A stretch of DNA of 64,000 nucleotides from an uncultured Aquiluna sp. (GTDB taxonomy: Bacteria; Actinomycetota; Actinomycetes; Actinomycetales; Microbacteriaceae). The stretch is taken from contig CAJYLB010000001.1 in the NCBI GenBank assembly GCA_913775595.1, positions 1,065,135-1,129,134 on the forward strand, in the 5' to 3' direction. A model generated the notes under the pieces. That model ran no database searches. It had not been told where the DNA came from and saw nothing but the letters and a program-made list of their open reading frames with translations. Each line of letters begins with the position of its first letter. Within the stretch, counting starts at the first letter, position 1. A program made the position numbers and the translations under genes. Positions 49,013 through 57,376 of this stretch are shown here, one piece after another.

Positions 49013-49469
49013 TCTGACGCCTTCTAAGCCTCAAGGTGGTGCGGATGATGCCGACAATCATCAGTGCAAACATTGCAACCGCGAAGCTAACCAGGAGAAA
49101 CAGCTCGACGTCGTAGTTCACGTTTACCCCTATGACGGTGTCATCGGATACCCGCTCACCGTTAACCTCGAGCCAGACGCGAATTTCGACAGGACCATTT
49201 GCGATTGCCCTAACGGGCAGCTCCGCTAGCTGGCTGCTCTGCGCAGGAATTGTCGCTAGAGCAGACTCCAAGATCTCCAGGCGGAACGAGGTGCTTTCGC
49301 CCACCACCTGAACCTCTATGCCCGCATCAGTTGTGTTTCGCACAGTAATGGGTATGTTTGCGTCTCTTGCGACCAGGTTGATGTCAGATCCAGGAACAAT
49401 CTCGACATCGGCGCTCACAGCAGCAGGCAGCAGCATTAGGCCCACAAGAAGTGCCAAGACCCTTTTCAC
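49005..49469 (-). CDS. hypothetical secreted, C-terminally membrane-anchored protein
   Basis: 154 aa. Signal peptide MKRVLALLVGLMLLPAAVSA, a ~100-aa beta-rich domain, a C-terminal TM helix and an RLRRRQSE tail. Overlaps NUDIX (4 nt) and murJ (8 nt). Confidence 0.6.
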   Translation of the reverse strand: MKRVLALLVGLMLLPAAVSADVEIVPGSDINLVARDANIPITVRNTTDAGIEVQVVGESTSFRLEILESALATIPAQSSQLAELPVRAIANGPVEIRVWLEVNGERVSDDTVIGVNVNYDVELFLLVSFAVAMFALMIVGIIRTTLRLRRRQSE

Positions 49470-49912
49470 TGGAGCATCTCCCGGGCTTGAAGCGCCACCC
49501 TTCTTTCGTTTTCATGGGCTAGCACGCTATCTAGTTCCGCGAGGTCGAACCAGCCAACGGCCAGCACTTCTCCTGCGGGGTCGTTGTCGGAAACCAAGGA
49601 CCCTCCAACCTGCCTGAGCAGGTAGTGGTGGACGGTCTTTCTAATCCGTTTTTGCCCAAGCCTGAAGCTGTAGCTGATCTCGCCGATCTTTCTAACGACT
49701 TCGGCGTCAATTCCGGTTTCTTCGAATACCTCGCGGACCGCTGTGGTCTTGAGGTCTTCGCCCTTTTCCTGATGGCCCTTCGGAATGACCCAGTCCTCGC
49801 CACCACCGCGATTCCGGTGGCTAATTAAGGCTACTTTTCCTGGGTCTGTGGCGCTGATAACCAGACCACCCGCAGACACCTCAATTTCGGTTCTGGGGCG
49901 CGTCTCGGTCAT
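49466..49912 (-). CDS. NUDIX hydrolase
   Basis: Nudix box GHQEKGEDLKTTAVREVFEETGI (GX5EX7REUXEEXGU). Confidence 0.9.
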   Translation of the reverse strand: MTETRPRTEIEVSAGGLVISATDPGKVALISHRNRGGGEDWVIPKGHQEKGEDLKTTAVREVFEETGIDAEVVRKIGEISYSFRLGQKRIRKTVHHYLLRQVGGSLVSDNDPAGEVLAVGWFDLAELDSVLAHENERRVALQAREMLQ

Positions 49913-49962
49913 AACCCAACTCTACTTGGGCACAGCCCTTCGGCTGTGGCAAGCTATGTCCC

Positions 49963-51381
49963 ATGCACGAGGTCGCCCAAGCACTAGCCAACCTCGCTGA
50001 GAACACCCAAAACCCCCTGCTTGACACCCTCGGAGAGGCTTTCTCCAAGGCGGGATTTGAGTTGGCTCTTGTTGGCGGTCCAGTGAGGGACGCAATCCTG
50101 GGCAGGGGGGCTCTCGACCTAGATTTCACCACCAACGCCAGCGCTGATCAGATTTTGAAGGTGGTAAAACCACTTGCCAGTGCAACGTGGGACGTAGGCA
50201 GGGAGTTCGGCACCATTGCCGCTGAAATCTCCGGCCAGCGGGTTGAAATAACCAGCTATCGAGCTGACTCCTATGACAGTAAGTCAAGGAAGCCAACTGT
50301 TGAGTTTGGTGACAACCTCGAGGACGACTTGGTGAGGCGTGACTTCACGGTAAACGCCATGGCCCTGAGGCTTCCAGATCGCACCTTTGTTGATCCTCAC
50401 GAGGGCCTCAAGGATCTCCGGCTCAAGACTCTAAGAACTCCTTCGAGGCCCGAGGTTTCTTTTTCGGATGACCCCCTGCGGATGATGCGAGCCGCCAGGT
50501 TTGCGAGCCAATTGGGCTTCGAGCTGGACCCAGAGGCATTTGATGCAATGGCATCGATGCATGAACGCATCGAGATCATCTCGCAAGAGCGCATTAGAGA
50601 TGAACTTACAAAGCTTTTGCTCTCTAGTGATCCGCGGCCAGGCCTTGAGATTTTGGTCGACTCGAAGATTGCAGCAATTGTTTTACCGGAGCTTCCAGCG
50701 CTGAAACTGGAGAGCGACGAGCACCATCATCACAAGGACGTCTATCAACACACCTTGACCGTTGTTGCCCAGGCCATTGGGTATGAAAAGGACTACGGCC
50801 TCGAGCAAGATCTGGTGGTGAGATTGGCTGCGCTGATGCACGACATCGGCAAACCAGCAACGAGGAGGTTGGAGCCGGGTGGGGCCGTTACCTTTTATCA
50901 CCACGATGTTGTTGGAGCGAAGCTCACTAAAAAGCGCCTAACCGCGCTCCGTTTCGATAACGACACTGTTGCCGCAGTTTCCCGGCTGGTGGAGCTACAC
51001 CTCAGATTTTTTGGTTATTCCGACCAGCAGTGGAGTGATTCGGCGGTCCGTCGGTACGTAAGGGATGCCGGCGAGCACATCGATCGTCTTCACATCCTCA
51101 CGCGGGCGGATGTGACCACTCGCAATCAGCGCAAGGCAGATCGGCTGGCCCACGCTTATGACGATCTTGAAAAGCGCATAGCCGTCCTGCGCGAGCAGGA
51201 AGAGCTTGACTCAATGCGACCTGATCTAAATGGCGAGCAGATTATGGAGATTCTTGGCATCTCACCAAGCCGCGAGGTTGGCGAGGCCTACAACTACCTT
51301 CTCGAGATTCGTCTCGATGAGGGTGAGCTTGGCGAAGAAGAGGCAAAGAAGCGCTTGCTTGAGTGGTGGCAGTCTCGCTAG
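49963..51381 (+). CDS. cca: CCA tRNA nucleotidyltransferase with HD domain
   Basis: 472 aa. GGPVRD motif, RRDFTVNA, and HD region HDIGK. Confidence 0.9.
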   Translation: MHEVAQALANLAENTQNPLLDTLGEAFSKAGFELALVGGPVRDAILGRGALDLDFTTNASADQILKVVKPLASATWDVGREFGTIAAEISGQRVEITSYRADSYDSKSRKPTVEFGDNLEDDLVRRDFTVNAMALRLPDRTFVDPHEGLKDLRLKTLRTPSRPEVSFSDDPLRMMRAARFASQLGFELDPEAFDAMASMHERIEIISQERIRDELTKLLLSSDPRPGLEILVDSKIAAIVLPELPALKLESDEHHHHKDVYQHTLTVVAQAIGYEKDYGLEQDLVVRLAALMHDIGKPATRRLEPGGAVTFYHHDVVGAKLTKKRLTALRFDNDTVAAVSRLVELHLRFFGYSDQQWSDSAVRRYVRDAGEHIDRLHILTRADVTTRNQRKADRLAHAYDDLEKRIAVLREQEELDSMRPDLNGEQIMEILGISPSREVGEAYNYLLEIRLDEGELGEEEAKKRLLEWWQSR

Positions 51382-51473
51382 GCTAGTGCGGTTGCCCTAG
51401 GGCAATCAATGCAAATAACCCTCCTGTCATGGAAAGACCATGACCGTTCTAGACCGAAGGAGGTGGGTGAACT

Positions 51474-51866
51474 ATGCATAACTACGAGCTAATGGTCATT
51501 ATGGACCCCTCAGTAGAAGACCGCGATGTCGCCCCAGCAATCGACAAGTACCTCAAGGTAATCACCGAAGCCGGTGGCACCGTGGACAAGGTCGACATTT
51601 GGGGACGCCGCCGCATGACCTACGAGATCAAGAAGCACCAAGAGGGCATCTACGCAGTGATCAACGTCACGAGCACTTCCGAGGCAGTCAACGAGCTTGA
51701 CCGTCAGTTGAAGCTCTCGGAGACCATCCTGCGCACCAAGGTGATGCGCCTGGAGGATGCTGTTTTCAGCATCAACCCAATTGAGTTTGTACCCGAGCAG
51801 CGTTCTGAGCGCGGGCCAAGAAGCCCTCGTGGCGGAAAGCGTCCGGCACGCGCCAAGGTTGACTAA
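51474..51866 (+). CDS. rpsF: 30S ribosomal protein S6 (with basic C-terminal extension)
   Basis: [12 protein letters not shown]... Strong GAAGGAGG RBS. Operon rpsF-ssb-rpsR-rplI. Confidence 0.93.
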   Translation: MHNYELMVIMDPSVEDRDVAPAIDKYLKVITEAGGTVDKVDIWGRRRMTYEIKKHQEGIYAVINVTSTSEAVNELDRQLKLSETILRTKVMRLEDAVFSINPIEFVPEQRSERGPRSPRGGKRPARAKVD

Positions 51867-52348
51867 TGGCCGGCGAAGCTAACGTAACCATCATTGGCAA
51901 CCTTGCCGACGATCCGGAGTTGCGTTACACCCAGAGTGGTGTTGCGGTTGTTTCGGTTCGCGTCGGCTCCACTCCTCGTACTTTCAACCGCTCAACAAAC
52001 GAGTGGGTTGATGGGGAGACGGTATGGGTTCGCTGCACTGCATGGCGTGAGGCAGCCGAGAATGTCGCCCAGAGCCTGACCAAGGGAACCCGCGTGGTTG
52101 TCTCCGGTCGCCTCAAGGCGCCATCGGCATACCAGACCGCACAGGGTGAGGCACGTGCCTCGCTTGAGCTAGAGATCGATGAAATCGGACCGAGCCTGCG
52201 CTACGCAACCGCCGCCGTGACTCGCAGACCACGCGATGGTGCTGTCGAGTCCCCATGGGGTGGCGAGAAGCAGCAGAGCATGACCGGTGGGGCAGACGCC
52301 TGGGCAAACCCAGCAGCCGACGCGCCAATCGACGAAGCACCGTTTTAG
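51866..52348 (+). CDS. ssb: single-stranded DNA-binding protein
   Basis: OB fold [17 protein letters not shown], Gly-rich linker and acidic tip IDEAPF. Confidence 0.93.
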   Translation: MAGEANVTIIGNLADDPELRYTQSGVAVVSVRVGSTPRTFNRSTNEWVDGETVWVRCTAWREAAENVAQSLTKGTRVVVSGRLKAPSAYQTAQGEARASLELEIDEIGPSLRYATAAVTRRPRDGAVESPWGGEKQQSMTGGADAWANPAADAPIDEAPF

Positions 52349-52373
52349 AAAGTCTTAGGAGAAAGAAAAGAAA

Positions 52374-52628
52374 ATGGCAGGAAAGTCAGCAGACCGCCGC
52401 AAGCGCACAATGGCCAAGAACCTAAAGCTTGCCCCGGTCAAGACCATCAAGATTGAGGTCATTGATTACAAGGACGTAGCGACGCTACGCAAGTTCGTTT
52501 CTGACCGCGGCAAGATCCGCGCTCGTCGCATCACCGGAGCTACGGTGCAGGACCAGCGCAAGATCGCCACGGCCATCAAGAATGCACGCGAGATGGCACT
52601 ACTGCCATACTCCGGTGCTGGACGCTAG
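52374..52628 (+). CDS. rpsR: 30S ribosomal protein S18
   Basis: 84 aa. [26 protein letters not shown]. Confidence 0.93.
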   Translation: MAGKSADRRKRTMAKNLKLAPVKTIKIEVIDYKDVATLRKFVSDRGKIRARRITGATVQDQRKIATAIKNAREMALLPYSGAGR

Positions 52629-52639
52629 GGAGAACTCAA

Positions 52640-53092
52640 ATGTCAAAGCTAATTCTGACCAATGAGGTCTCCGGCCTAGGCAGTGCCGGCGATGTCGTTG
52701 AGGTTAAGGACGGTTACGCGCGTAACTACCTAATTCCTCAGGGACTAGCGGTTGCCTGGACTAAGGGTGGAGAGAAGCAGGTCACCTCAATCCGTGCAGC
52801 CCGCGAGGCCAGGGCAATTGCTTCTGAGGAGGAAGCAAGAAGCCTGAAGGACAAGCTCGAGGCTGCTCCAATCAAGGTGAGCATGAAGGCAGGCCCTAAT
52901 GGCCGTCTGTTTGGTGCTGTTAAGACCGCTGACATTGCCGACGCCGTCAAGGCTCAAGGCATCGGCGAGATCGACAAGCGCAAGGTGGAACTCTCGGGCT
53001 CCATCCGCACCACCGGTAAGTACGAGGCGACCGTTCGCCTCAGCGCAGAGCTAGTTGCAAAGCTGGCCCTGCAGGTGGTGTCCGCCAAGTAA
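52640..53092 (+). CDS. rplI: 50S ribosomal protein L9
   Basis: 150 aa. [32 protein letters not shown]. Confidence 0.93.
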   Translation: MSKLILTNEVSGLGSAGDVVEVKDGYARNYLIPQGLAVAWTKGGEKQVTSIRAAREARAIASEEEARSLKDKLEAAPIKVSMKAGPNGRLFGAVKTADIADAVKAQGIGEIDKRKVELSGSIRTTGKYEATVRLSAELVAKLALQVVSAK

Positions 53093-53106
53093 ACAAAAGC
53101 TAAATA

Positions 53107-53143
53107 GAAACGACCCGCCAGGCCGCGGGTCGTTTCTGTTTTT
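53107..53143 (+). terminator. rho-independent terminator after rplI
   Basis: GAAACGACCCGC-caggcc-GCGGGTCGTTTC followed by TGTTTTTG. Confidence 0.8.
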
Positions 53144-53149
53144 GTAGGG

Positions 53150-53313
53150 TTTTCCACAACTCTCAGGTGAAAGTTTAGAGTTTTAAAGTTTTTGTTATAC
53201 ACAGCCACAACCCAGTGTTTTACTGGGCAGTAGCCGAAAATTGGGAACTTATCAACAGACTTTCCACAGGTTATTACGGCGTGTTTCCACAGGTTTATCC
53301 ACAGTTATCCACA
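53150..53313 (+). promoter_or_regulatory. DnaA-box cluster in the rplI-dnaB spacer
   Basis: All boxes are in the same orientation. TTTTCCACA 53150-53158, CTTTCCACA 53260-53268, GTTTCCACA 53283-53291, TTATCCACA 53295-53303 and TTATCCACA 53305-53313. 8/9 matches occur at 53195-53203 and 53249-53257. Confidence 0.6.
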
Positions 53314-53382
53314 GGCTGATTTGAAAGTTAATTGTCTTAGCCTGAAGCTATACAAGTTCTAGACCAAACCTAAGGGGTTTTT

Positions 53383-54726
53383 ATGTCGATGCTTGCTCCG
53401 GTTTCCACCGGTGATCCAAGGGTCGCCCCCAACAACATGGAGGCTGAGCAGTCCGCCTTGGGTGGCATGCTACTCAGCCAAGAGGCTGTTGCGGACGTTC
53501 TAGAAGTTGTTGCTGGGGTTGATTTTTACGCACCCAAGCACGAGCTGATCTTCAATGCGGTAGTCACCCTGTTCGGTCGTGGCGAGCCGACTGATGTGAT
53601 CGCCGTTACCGATTACCTCAATAAAGAGGGCAACCTTCTTAAGGCAGGAGGGGCGGATTACCTACACTCGCTCACAAGCTTTGTTCCGACAGCGGCGAAC
53701 GCCAGCTACTACGGCAAGATCGTCGCCGACAAGGCAATCCTTAGACGATTGATTGATGCCGGCACCAAGATTGCGCAGTCCGGCTATGAAAGCCAGGGTG
53801 AGGTTGAGGATCTTGTTAATCAGGCTCAGTCTGAGATCTTCCAGGTTGCCTCTCAGTCGACCAAGGACGACTACGTAGGACTTAGCGAGTCAATCGATGT
53901 CGCGATCCGCGACATTGAAATGGCTCAGAACCGCGGCGGCGAACTTACTGGAATCTCAACGGGCTTCAGCAACCTTGATGCCTACACCCATGGACTGCAC
54001 CCGGGCCAGCTCGTCATTGTCGCCGCCCGTCCCTCGGTTGGTAAGTCCACATTTGCTTTAGATGTCGCAAGGAATGCGGCCATAAAGCAAAACAAACCCA
54101 CAATCTTCTTCTCACTGGAAATGGGCCGCTCTGAGATTGCGATGAGAATGCTCAGCGCACAAAGCGGCATCTATCTGCAGAGCATGCGCAAGGGAACTCT
54201 CACCGAGGGCGATTGGGCAAAGCTAGCCGGTGTCAGGGGGCAGATTAACGATGCCCCACTGTTTATCGACGACAGCCCAAACATGTCCCTAGTTGAGATC
54301 CGTGCAAAGTGCCGCCGCTTGGCGCAGCAGGTGGATCTGAAGATGGTGGTCATTGACTACATCCAGCTAATGACCAGTGGAAAGAAGGTTGAGTCCAGGC
54401 AGCAAGAGGTGTCCGAGTTCTCCCGGGCTCTGAAGCTGCTTGCAAAAGAGCTCAATATTCCCGTGGTTGCCCTTTCGCAGCTTAACCGTCAGGCAGAGCA
54501 GTCAAAGGACAAGCGTCCCGAACTTTCTCACCTTCGTGAGTCCGGATCGCTGGAGCAGGATGCCGATGTGGTCGTCCTGCTTCACCGCGAGGGAATCTTC
54601 GAGCGCGACCACCCCAAGGCTGGCGAGGCAGATTTGATTCTTGCGAAGCAGAGAAATGGACCTACGGGAACCGTCACGGTTGCCTTCCAGGGCCAGTACT
54701 CGCGCTTTGCGAATATGCCAAGCTAA
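53383..54726 (+). CDS. dnaB: replicative DNA helicase DnaB (no intein)
   Basis: 447 aa. PNNMEAEQSALGGML N-terminus, Walker A ARPSVGKST, and the RecA-like C-terminal domain. Confidence 0.95.
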   Translation: MSMLAPVSTGDPRVAPNNMEAEQSALGGMLLSQEAVADVLEVVAGVDFYAPKHELIFNAVVTLFGRGEPTDVIAVTDYLNKEGNLLKAGGADYLHSLTSFVPTAANASYYGKIVADKAILRRLIDAGTKIAQSGYESQGEVEDLVNQAQSEIFQVASQSTKDDYVGLSESIDVAIRDIEMAQNRGGELTGISTGFSNLDAYTHGLHPGQLVIVAARPSVGKSTFALDVARNAAIKQNKPTIFFSLEMGRSEIAMRMLSAQSGIYLQSMRKGTLTEGDWAKLAGVRGQINDAPLFIDDSPNMSLVEIRAKCRRLAQQVDLKMVVIDYIQLMTSGKKVESRQQEVSEFSRALKLLAKELNIPVVALSQLNRQAEQSKDKRPELSHLRESGSLEQDADVVVLLHREGIFERDHPKAGEADLILAKQRNGPTGTVTVAFQGQYSRFANMPS

Positions 54727-54730
54727 GAGA

Positions 54731-55237
54731 GTGCGACTCCACCTAGCCCTCAGGGCCATAGTTTCTTTACCTCTAGGGCTATTCATAACTTTTTTTCAGG
54801 CACACGGCCCGGATATCGGGCTCATCATGCTTGCGGCCTTCGCAGGCGCAATGGCCCTAGGAAATCTGGCCTTCTTGCTCTCAAGGCAGCAAACAATTGC
54901 TGATTCGGTAGCAACCCTTGGCTATTTGCCGGTGCTTGCACTCTCGCTATTCGGCTTAGTTCAGGCCGAGGAGCTATTTCTTGCTCTCTTTGTCACCGGG
55001 GTTGCCCTTCTTGGGCTGCTTACCGCTGCCTTCGAGGGCTACAGAGCAAAGTCTCTCGGGCTCTCGACGAGAGACGGCCGTGACTTTTTGATTAGCGCGC
55101 TAATTGCTCTGGCACTGGGGCTGATGTTCCTGATTGCCACCCTAGATTCGGTCAGCGCCGTTGGCTTTTTTGGTGCCTACCTAATCCTCTACGGCGTCCA
55201 CTGGGGCATTGCAAGCGCGACAGTTCAGAGCAAGTAG
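54731..55237 (+). CDS. hypothetical membrane protein (HdeD/DUF308-like?)
   Basis: Start moved to GTG 54731, just after the dnaB stop. About 168 aa with 5-6 TM helices. No clear motif. Confidence 0.5.
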   Translation: MRLHLALRAIVSLPLGLFITFFQAHGPDIGLIMLAAFAGAMALGNLAFLLSRQQTIADSVATLGYLPVLALSLFGLVQAEELFLALFVTGVALLGLLTAAFEGYRAKSLGLSTRDGRDFLISALIALALGLMFLIATLDSVSAVGFFGAYLILYGVHWGIASATVQSK

Positions 55238-55246
55238 GCTTTTGGC

Positions 55247-55459
55247 ATGAGGCGATTTGCAAATCTAAGGACCTATTTGGGCCTATCGATTATTGCCTCG
55301 ATCTTTGTCGGTGTCATTGTGGCCTTTGGGACCAGGCAAACAGACCCGACAATCATTGCGGTTCTGTCGACATTCATTGTTTCGATAGTGATTATTGCCA
55401 CGCTCGATCTGAGCTTCAAAGAGGACGAGCAGGACCCGAACACCCCGCGGCTTCGCTAG
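55247..55459 (+). CDS. small hypothetical membrane protein
   Basis: 70 aa with two TM helices and an acidic tail. Confidence 0.45.
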   Translation: MRRFANLRTYLGLSIIASIFVGVIVAFGTRQTDPTIIAVLSTFIVSIVIIATLDLSFKEDEQDPNTPRLR

Positions 55460-56862
55460 TTGGCGACCAATTTGGCCAGTTCGGCGGCCAGGCCTAAGTA
55501 GGTTTGCGGCTTCAAGACAAGAAGTCTGTCCTTTGTAGCCTGGGAGATATTTAGCGAATCGATAAAGACCCGTAGGTCCTCGTCATTGATTCTCTTCCCA
55601 CGAGTTAGCTCCTTGAGAAGTGCATAGGGGTCGCTAATGTCGCTCTCACCCCTTGCCACATCCGCCCTTATTGCGCTCTGAATCGCCTCGCCGAGAACCT
55701 CCCAGTTCTCAAGCAGATCGGTTAGCAACACGGCGTCATTCACTGCCAGTTCATCGAGACCTTTAGTGAGATTGTCAACGGCGAGTAGTGAGTGCCCGAA
55801 GCCAACACCAATGTTCCTCTGAGCGCTGGAGTCAGTGAGGTCGCGCTGCAGCCGTGAGGTAACCAGGGTTGCGGCCAACGAGTCCAAGATTGCAAGTGAA
55901 ATCTCCAGGTTTGCCTCGGCATTTTCAAACCTGATTGGGTTGACTTTGTGAGGCATTGTCGAAGAGCCGGTGGCCCCTTTGACCGGGATCTGTTTGAAGT
56001 AGTTGATGGAGATATATGTCCAGATATCGGTCGCGAAGTTGTGGAGTATGCGACCGAGGTGGTTCATTTTTTGGTAAAGCTCTGCCTGCCAGTCGTGAGA
56101 CTCAATCTGAGTTGTCAGAGGGTTGTGCGTGAGGCCAAGAGATTCGACAAAGGCTTTAGATTGCGCTGGCCAGTCCACATCTGGTGCGGCAGCGAGATGG
56201 GCTGCATAGGTGCCAGTAGCGCCCGAGAACTTTCCTAGGAACGCCTGACCGTCGATGCGGGAGAGCTGTCGCTCAAGGCGGAAGACGAAAACCGCTAGCT
56301 CCTTGCCGAGCGTTGTTGGGGTTGCAGGCTGGCCGTGGGTTCGCGAGAGCATCGGTGTCTCTGCGGTCACCTGAGAGAGGTCGCGAATCTTTTCAACGAG
56401 TGCTCGGACTGCCGGCAACCAGACGTTTTCGAGCGCGTCCCTGATGGTAAGCGCGTAGGCGAGGTTGTTGATGTCCTCCGAGGTGCAGGCGAAGTGAACA
56501 AGCTCATTTAGATCGCTGCGACCCATGGCCTCCAGCTTGTTTCGGATGAAGTATTCAACCGCCTTAACGTCGTGACGCGTGGTGGCCTCAATGTCTCCGA
56601 GCGCCCTAACGTCCGCATCTGAAAAGTCTTGATAGATAGCCCTCAGGGCAGAAACCTCTTTTTCACTTAGCGCTGAGCCGCTACCGAGCAGATCGTGTTC
56701 GACAAGCCAAATCAGCCATTCGATTTCGACTTGAATGCGGGCTTTGTTGAGGCCGGCCTCGCTGAGGTAGAGACCGAGGTCGCCAACTTGAGAGCTGTAG
56801 CGCCCATCTAGAGGGCTAAGCGGCTGGCTTGAGAGTTTGCTCACGTGCCCATTTTGCCCCAT
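55456..56862 (-). CDS. purB: adenylosuccinate lyase
   Basis: 468 aa. LSPLDGRYSS N-terminus and the fumarate-lyase signature GSSTMPHKVNP. The start may be the GTG 18 nt downstream. Confidence 0.93.
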   Translation of the reverse strand: MGQNGHVSKLSSQPLSPLDGRYSSQVGDLGLYLSEAGLNKARIQVEIEWLIWLVEHDLLGSGSALSEKEVSALRAIYQDFSDADVRALGDIEATTRHDVKAVEYFIRNKLEAMGRSDLNELVHFACTSEDINNLAYALTIRDALENVWLPAVRALVEKIRDLSQVTAETPMLSRTHGQPATPTTLGKELAVFVFRLERQLSRIDGQAFLGKFSGATGTYAAHLAAAPDVDWPAQSKAFVESLGLTHNPLTTQIESHDWQAELYQKMNHLGRILHNFATDIWTYISINYFKQIPVKGATGSSTMPHKVNPIRFENAEANLEISLAILDSLAATLVTSRLQRDLTDSSAQRNIGVGFGHSLLAVDNLTKGLDELAVNDAVLLTDLLENWEVLGEAIQSAIRADVARGESDISDPYALLKELTRGKRINDEDLRVFIDSLNISQATKDRLLVLKPQTYLGLAAELAKLVAN

Positions 56863-56912
56863 CCGGGCCTAGTTGCCCCGCTGTGTGGTGCAAAGTTGGC
56901 TTTTTGCCAGCG

Positions 56913-57338
56913 CTATTTGATCTTGAGTATTCTCAGCACCGAGCGCGTCAGGAAGCTAGCAATGCTCATTACGACGGCCGCAAGGATTGCCCAGCCCAGG
57001 CTGTCAATTGTTAGACCCTCTGAGGTAAAGCCCTCGATCGTAAGTATCTCGGAACCAATCAGGCCGCTCAGCCACGCCACCAAAAGCAGCATGGCTCCAT
57101 TGATGACAAAAGAAATAAGCCCAAAGGTAATGATGTAGAGGGGGAAGGCGAGGACCTTAATAACCGGCGCAATTACTGCATTCACGATTCCAAACATCGC
57201 ACCAATGAGCAGTAAGGACGCAATTGTCTCCCAAACACCCTCACCTCCATAGGGAGTGATGCTCACCTGCGGAATGAGCGAGGTGGCAACAAATAGCCCC
57301 ACGGCGTTAACAATGGTTGAGACGAGAAAGCGCAACAT
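56913..57338 (-). CDS. phage holin family 4 (DUF360) membrane protein
   Basis: 141 aa with 4 TM helices. MLRFLVSTIVNAVGLFVA...VNAVIAPVIKVLAFPLYIITFGL pattern. Confidence 0.65.
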   Translation of the reverse strand: MLRFLVSTIVNAVGLFVATSLIPQVSITPYGGEGVWETIASLLLIGAMFGIVNAVIAPVIKVLAFPLYIITFGLISFVINGAMLLLVAWLSGLIGSEILTIEGFTSEGLTIDSLGWAILAAVVMSIASFLTRSVLRILKIK

Positions 57339-57376
57339 GGGGCAATTCTCTCAGCTGGGTCGCTAAATTAGGTCAC

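Noticed and set aside
56913-57338. Holin-family gene as evidence of a prophage
   Set aside because: It is a single gene flanked by purB and the 2-oxoacid dehydrogenase operon. There is no lysin, structural gene, integrase or att repeat.
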